A DNA stretch of 64,000 nt from Bdellovibrionales bacterium (GTDB taxonomy: Bacteria; Pseudomonadota; Alphaproteobacteria; UBA2400). Location of the stretch: contig JBDHTQ010000009.1 in NCBI GenBank assembly GCA_039808765.1, forward strand, positions 963 through 64,962, in the 5' to 3' direction. The position numbers and the translations under genes were made by a program. Below, in pieces: positions 62,144-64,000 of this stretch. The notes beneath the pieces are model-generated. The model was not told the origin of the DNA and ran no database searches. It was given only the letters and a program-made list of their open reading frames with translations. How positions within the stretch are numbered: position 1 is the first letter of the stretch; the number at the start of each line of letters is the position of its first letter.

Positions 62144-63031
62144 TTAGCCAGATTTTTTTAATGTTTCTTCACGATAGTCATCGGCCAGTCTTTGAGTCAT
62201 TAGCCCTACCGTAAACTTCGACGATTCAATCTCTGCAATCGGTGTGATTTCAATCGCAGTTCCGGTTAAAAAAACTTCGCTGGCATTAGCCAGCTCTTCT
62301 GGCCGAATTTGCCGCTCAATCACCTCGATACCGCGACGTTGGGCTAAAGTGATAACTGTTTGCCGGGTAATGCCACTTAAAAAGCAATCAGGGATGGGGG
62401 TATGTAATTTTCCTTCTTGCACCATGAAAATGTTTGCGCCCGTGCCCTCAGCCACAAAGCCGCGGTAATCATAAAAAAGGGCATCGTGGGCCCCTTGCCG
62501 TTCGGCCATGTTTTTTGAAAGGGTGCCAACAACATAAAGGCCGGACGCTTTTGCATGGACAGGGGCTGTTGTTGCAGGCGGTCGGCGCCACGGCGAAACA
62601 ATCATTTTTATGCCGGTTTTGTGAAGATCATCCGAAAAATAACTGGGCCACGACCAAGCTGCAATTGCAACATTGATGCTGCTTCGCTGGTTAGAAAGTC
62701 CCATCTCTTCGCAGCCGCGCCAAGCCAGCGGGCGAACATAACCATTTTTAATTTGATTGAGTTTTAGAATCTCGCGGCAGGCTTCGTTCAGATGTTCTGC
62801 TGTGTAAGGCAGCGTCATATCGAGCATGTTGGCCGAACGGATCAGGCGTTCGCTGTGGGCGTTGAGCTTAAAGCATTGGCCATCGTAAGCACGAATTCCT
62901 TCAAAAACCGCCCCACCATAATGAAGCGCGTGGGTTAGCATGTGCACCTGGCAGGTGCGCCAAGGCATTATGTTTCCATTAAACCAAATATAACCATCAC
63001 GATTGTCGAAAGGGGGATCGTTTGCGGTCAT
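62144..63031 (-). CDS. ilvE: Branched-chain amino acid aminotransferase (PLP fold type IV)
   Basis: Motifs YGGAVFEGIRAY and EVFLTGTAIEITPI. The ORF is open to 63046. Confidence 0.85.
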   Translation of the reverse strand: MTANDPPFDNRDGYIWFNGNIMPWRTCQVHMLTHALHYGGAVFEGIRAYDGQCFKLNAHSERLIRSANMLDMTLPYTAEHLNEACREILKLNQIKNGYVRPLAWRGCEEMGLSNQRSSINVAIAAWSWPSYFSDDLHKTGIKMIVSPWRRPPATTAPVHAKASGLYVVGTLSKNMAERQGAHDALFYDYRGFVAEGTGANIFMVQEGKLHTPIPDCFLSGITRQTVITLAQRRGIEVIERQIRPEELANASEVFLTGTAIEITPIAEIESSKFTVGLMTQRLADDYREETLKKSG

Positions 63032-63098
63032 TGCTGCTTGCTCCATGGTTTGCTATGACTATATCTAAGCGTGCTTTGAATAGCACAGGAATATCAGA

Positions 63099-63824
63099 AT
63101 GACAGATGAAATCAACACCCAGAAAACGCTTGAAGGCTTGATGACCAAAAGACATGTGCTGGTGGTGGATGATGATCGTCGACTGCGTCATCTCCTGAGT
63201 GCTTTTTTGCGTGAAAACGACTTTGTTGTGACAACAGCCAGTGATGCTTCAGAAGCACGAGACTTACTCACTGTTTTGGTGTTTGATTTAATCGTGCTTG
63301 ATGTCATGATGAAGGGCGAAACGGGTATCGCCTTTCTTCAATGGTTAAGGAAGGTAAAAAACAGCGTACCGATTTTGTTGCTCACCGCGCAAGGCGAAGC
63401 CGAGGACCGGATTGTGGGGCTTGAGGCGGGGGCAGACGACTATCTGACCAAACCTTTTCAGCCTAAAGAACTCGTCTTGCGCATGCAGGCAATTTTAAGG
63501 CGATTTCCCCAAGTTAAAACGTCGTCCACGGTTGTTCGGTTTGGTGCATGGCAGTTTAATCCTGAGCGGGACGAGTTGGTCAGTCAGGATGAGGTGGTGC
63601 GTTTGTCAAGCGTTGAAGCGGGGTTGTTGCGCACACTGGCCGAAAAGCCGGGCACAATTTTTTCCCGCGATGCATTATGTGCCAGCCAGCCCTTAGCGGG
63701 CAATGCGCGCACCATTGATGTGCAGGTAACGCGCTTGCGACGTAAAATTGAGATTGATCCACGTCAGCCACGCTATCTTGTGACCATTCGGGGGGAAGGA
63801 TATGTCTTGCGTCCTGATGATTAA
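63099..63824 (+). CDS. OmpR-family two-component response regulator
   Basis: Receiver domain (VLVVDDDRRLRHLLSAFL, DLIVLDVMM, the phospho-acceptor Asp context, LLTAQGE, KPF) and a C-terminal winged helix (IDVQVTRLRRKIE...RGEGYVL). AGGAA SD. Confidence 0.85.
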   Translation: MTDEINTQKTLEGLMTKRHVLVVDDDRRLRHLLSAFLRENDFVVTTASDASEARDLLTVLVFDLIVLDVMMKGETGIAFLQWLRKVKNSVPILLLTAQGEAEDRIVGLEAGADDYLTKPFQPKELVLRMQAILRRFPQVKTSSTVVRFGAWQFNPERDELVSQDEVVRLSSVEAGLLRTLAEKPGTIFSRDALCASQPLAGNARTIDVQVTRLRRKIEIDPRQPRYLVTIRGEGYVLRPDD

Positions 63825-64000
63825 AAGGTTTTTTATCGAAAAACTGCTTAATTTTCACCTTTTAAGCATTTCAGGGTTGACTCTTGCCCCTTAAACAGAT
63901 TAAGAGGAAGCCTTATCGGTGGGTTGAGTTATCAAAGGGTAGAATCATGAAAGTAGCACCTTCGCTTAAAAGCTTGAAGAATCGTCATAAAGCCTGCAAG

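Overview
This 64 kb window reads as a chromosomal backbone segment of an alphaproteobacterium at roughly 50% GC, judged by eye. It is densely coding on both strands with mostly housekeeping genes, and I found no transposase, integrase other than xerC, CRISPR array or obvious prophage. Genes I could support include ubiG, fumC, radA, cvpA, polA, opgG/opgH, lepA, erpA, xthA, pyruvate kinase, lysS, xerC, priA, scoAB, an HU-family gene, the large NAD-specific gdh, pfk, pgsA, ilvE and an OmpR-family response regulator. Two RNA genes are missed by the ORF track: tRNA-Val(GAC) on the minus strand at 12716-12790 and a small SRP (4.5S) RNA at about 15816-15913. The points most worth a second look are these: (1) A comF / PP-loop ATPase / MurD-like ligase operon (2469-5835) that matches the MurD2-MurL alternative route to D-Glu in peptidoglycan. 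(2) An orphan single-domain ClpA/B-D1-like AAA+ ATPase (6799-7740). (3) polA split by a frameshift inside an 11-G homopolymer (20038-20048). (4) An opgG-opgI-opgH operon followed by two tandem acyltransferase-3 (OpgC-like) paralogs. (5) A 559-aa HEAT/ARM-repeat protein with a Cys-containing C-terminal domain of unknown function (32199-33878). (6) A histone-H1-like protein built from six to seven 42-bp tandem repeats (39944-40210). (7) A DprE2/DprE1/UbiA-like operon for a polyprenyl-phospho-arabinose-type donor (43096-46042), next to a polysaccharide locus with a multi-TM protein, three glycosyltransferases and a Wzc-like tyrosine autokinase. All functional calls come from recognising motifs in the provided translations; no database search was run.
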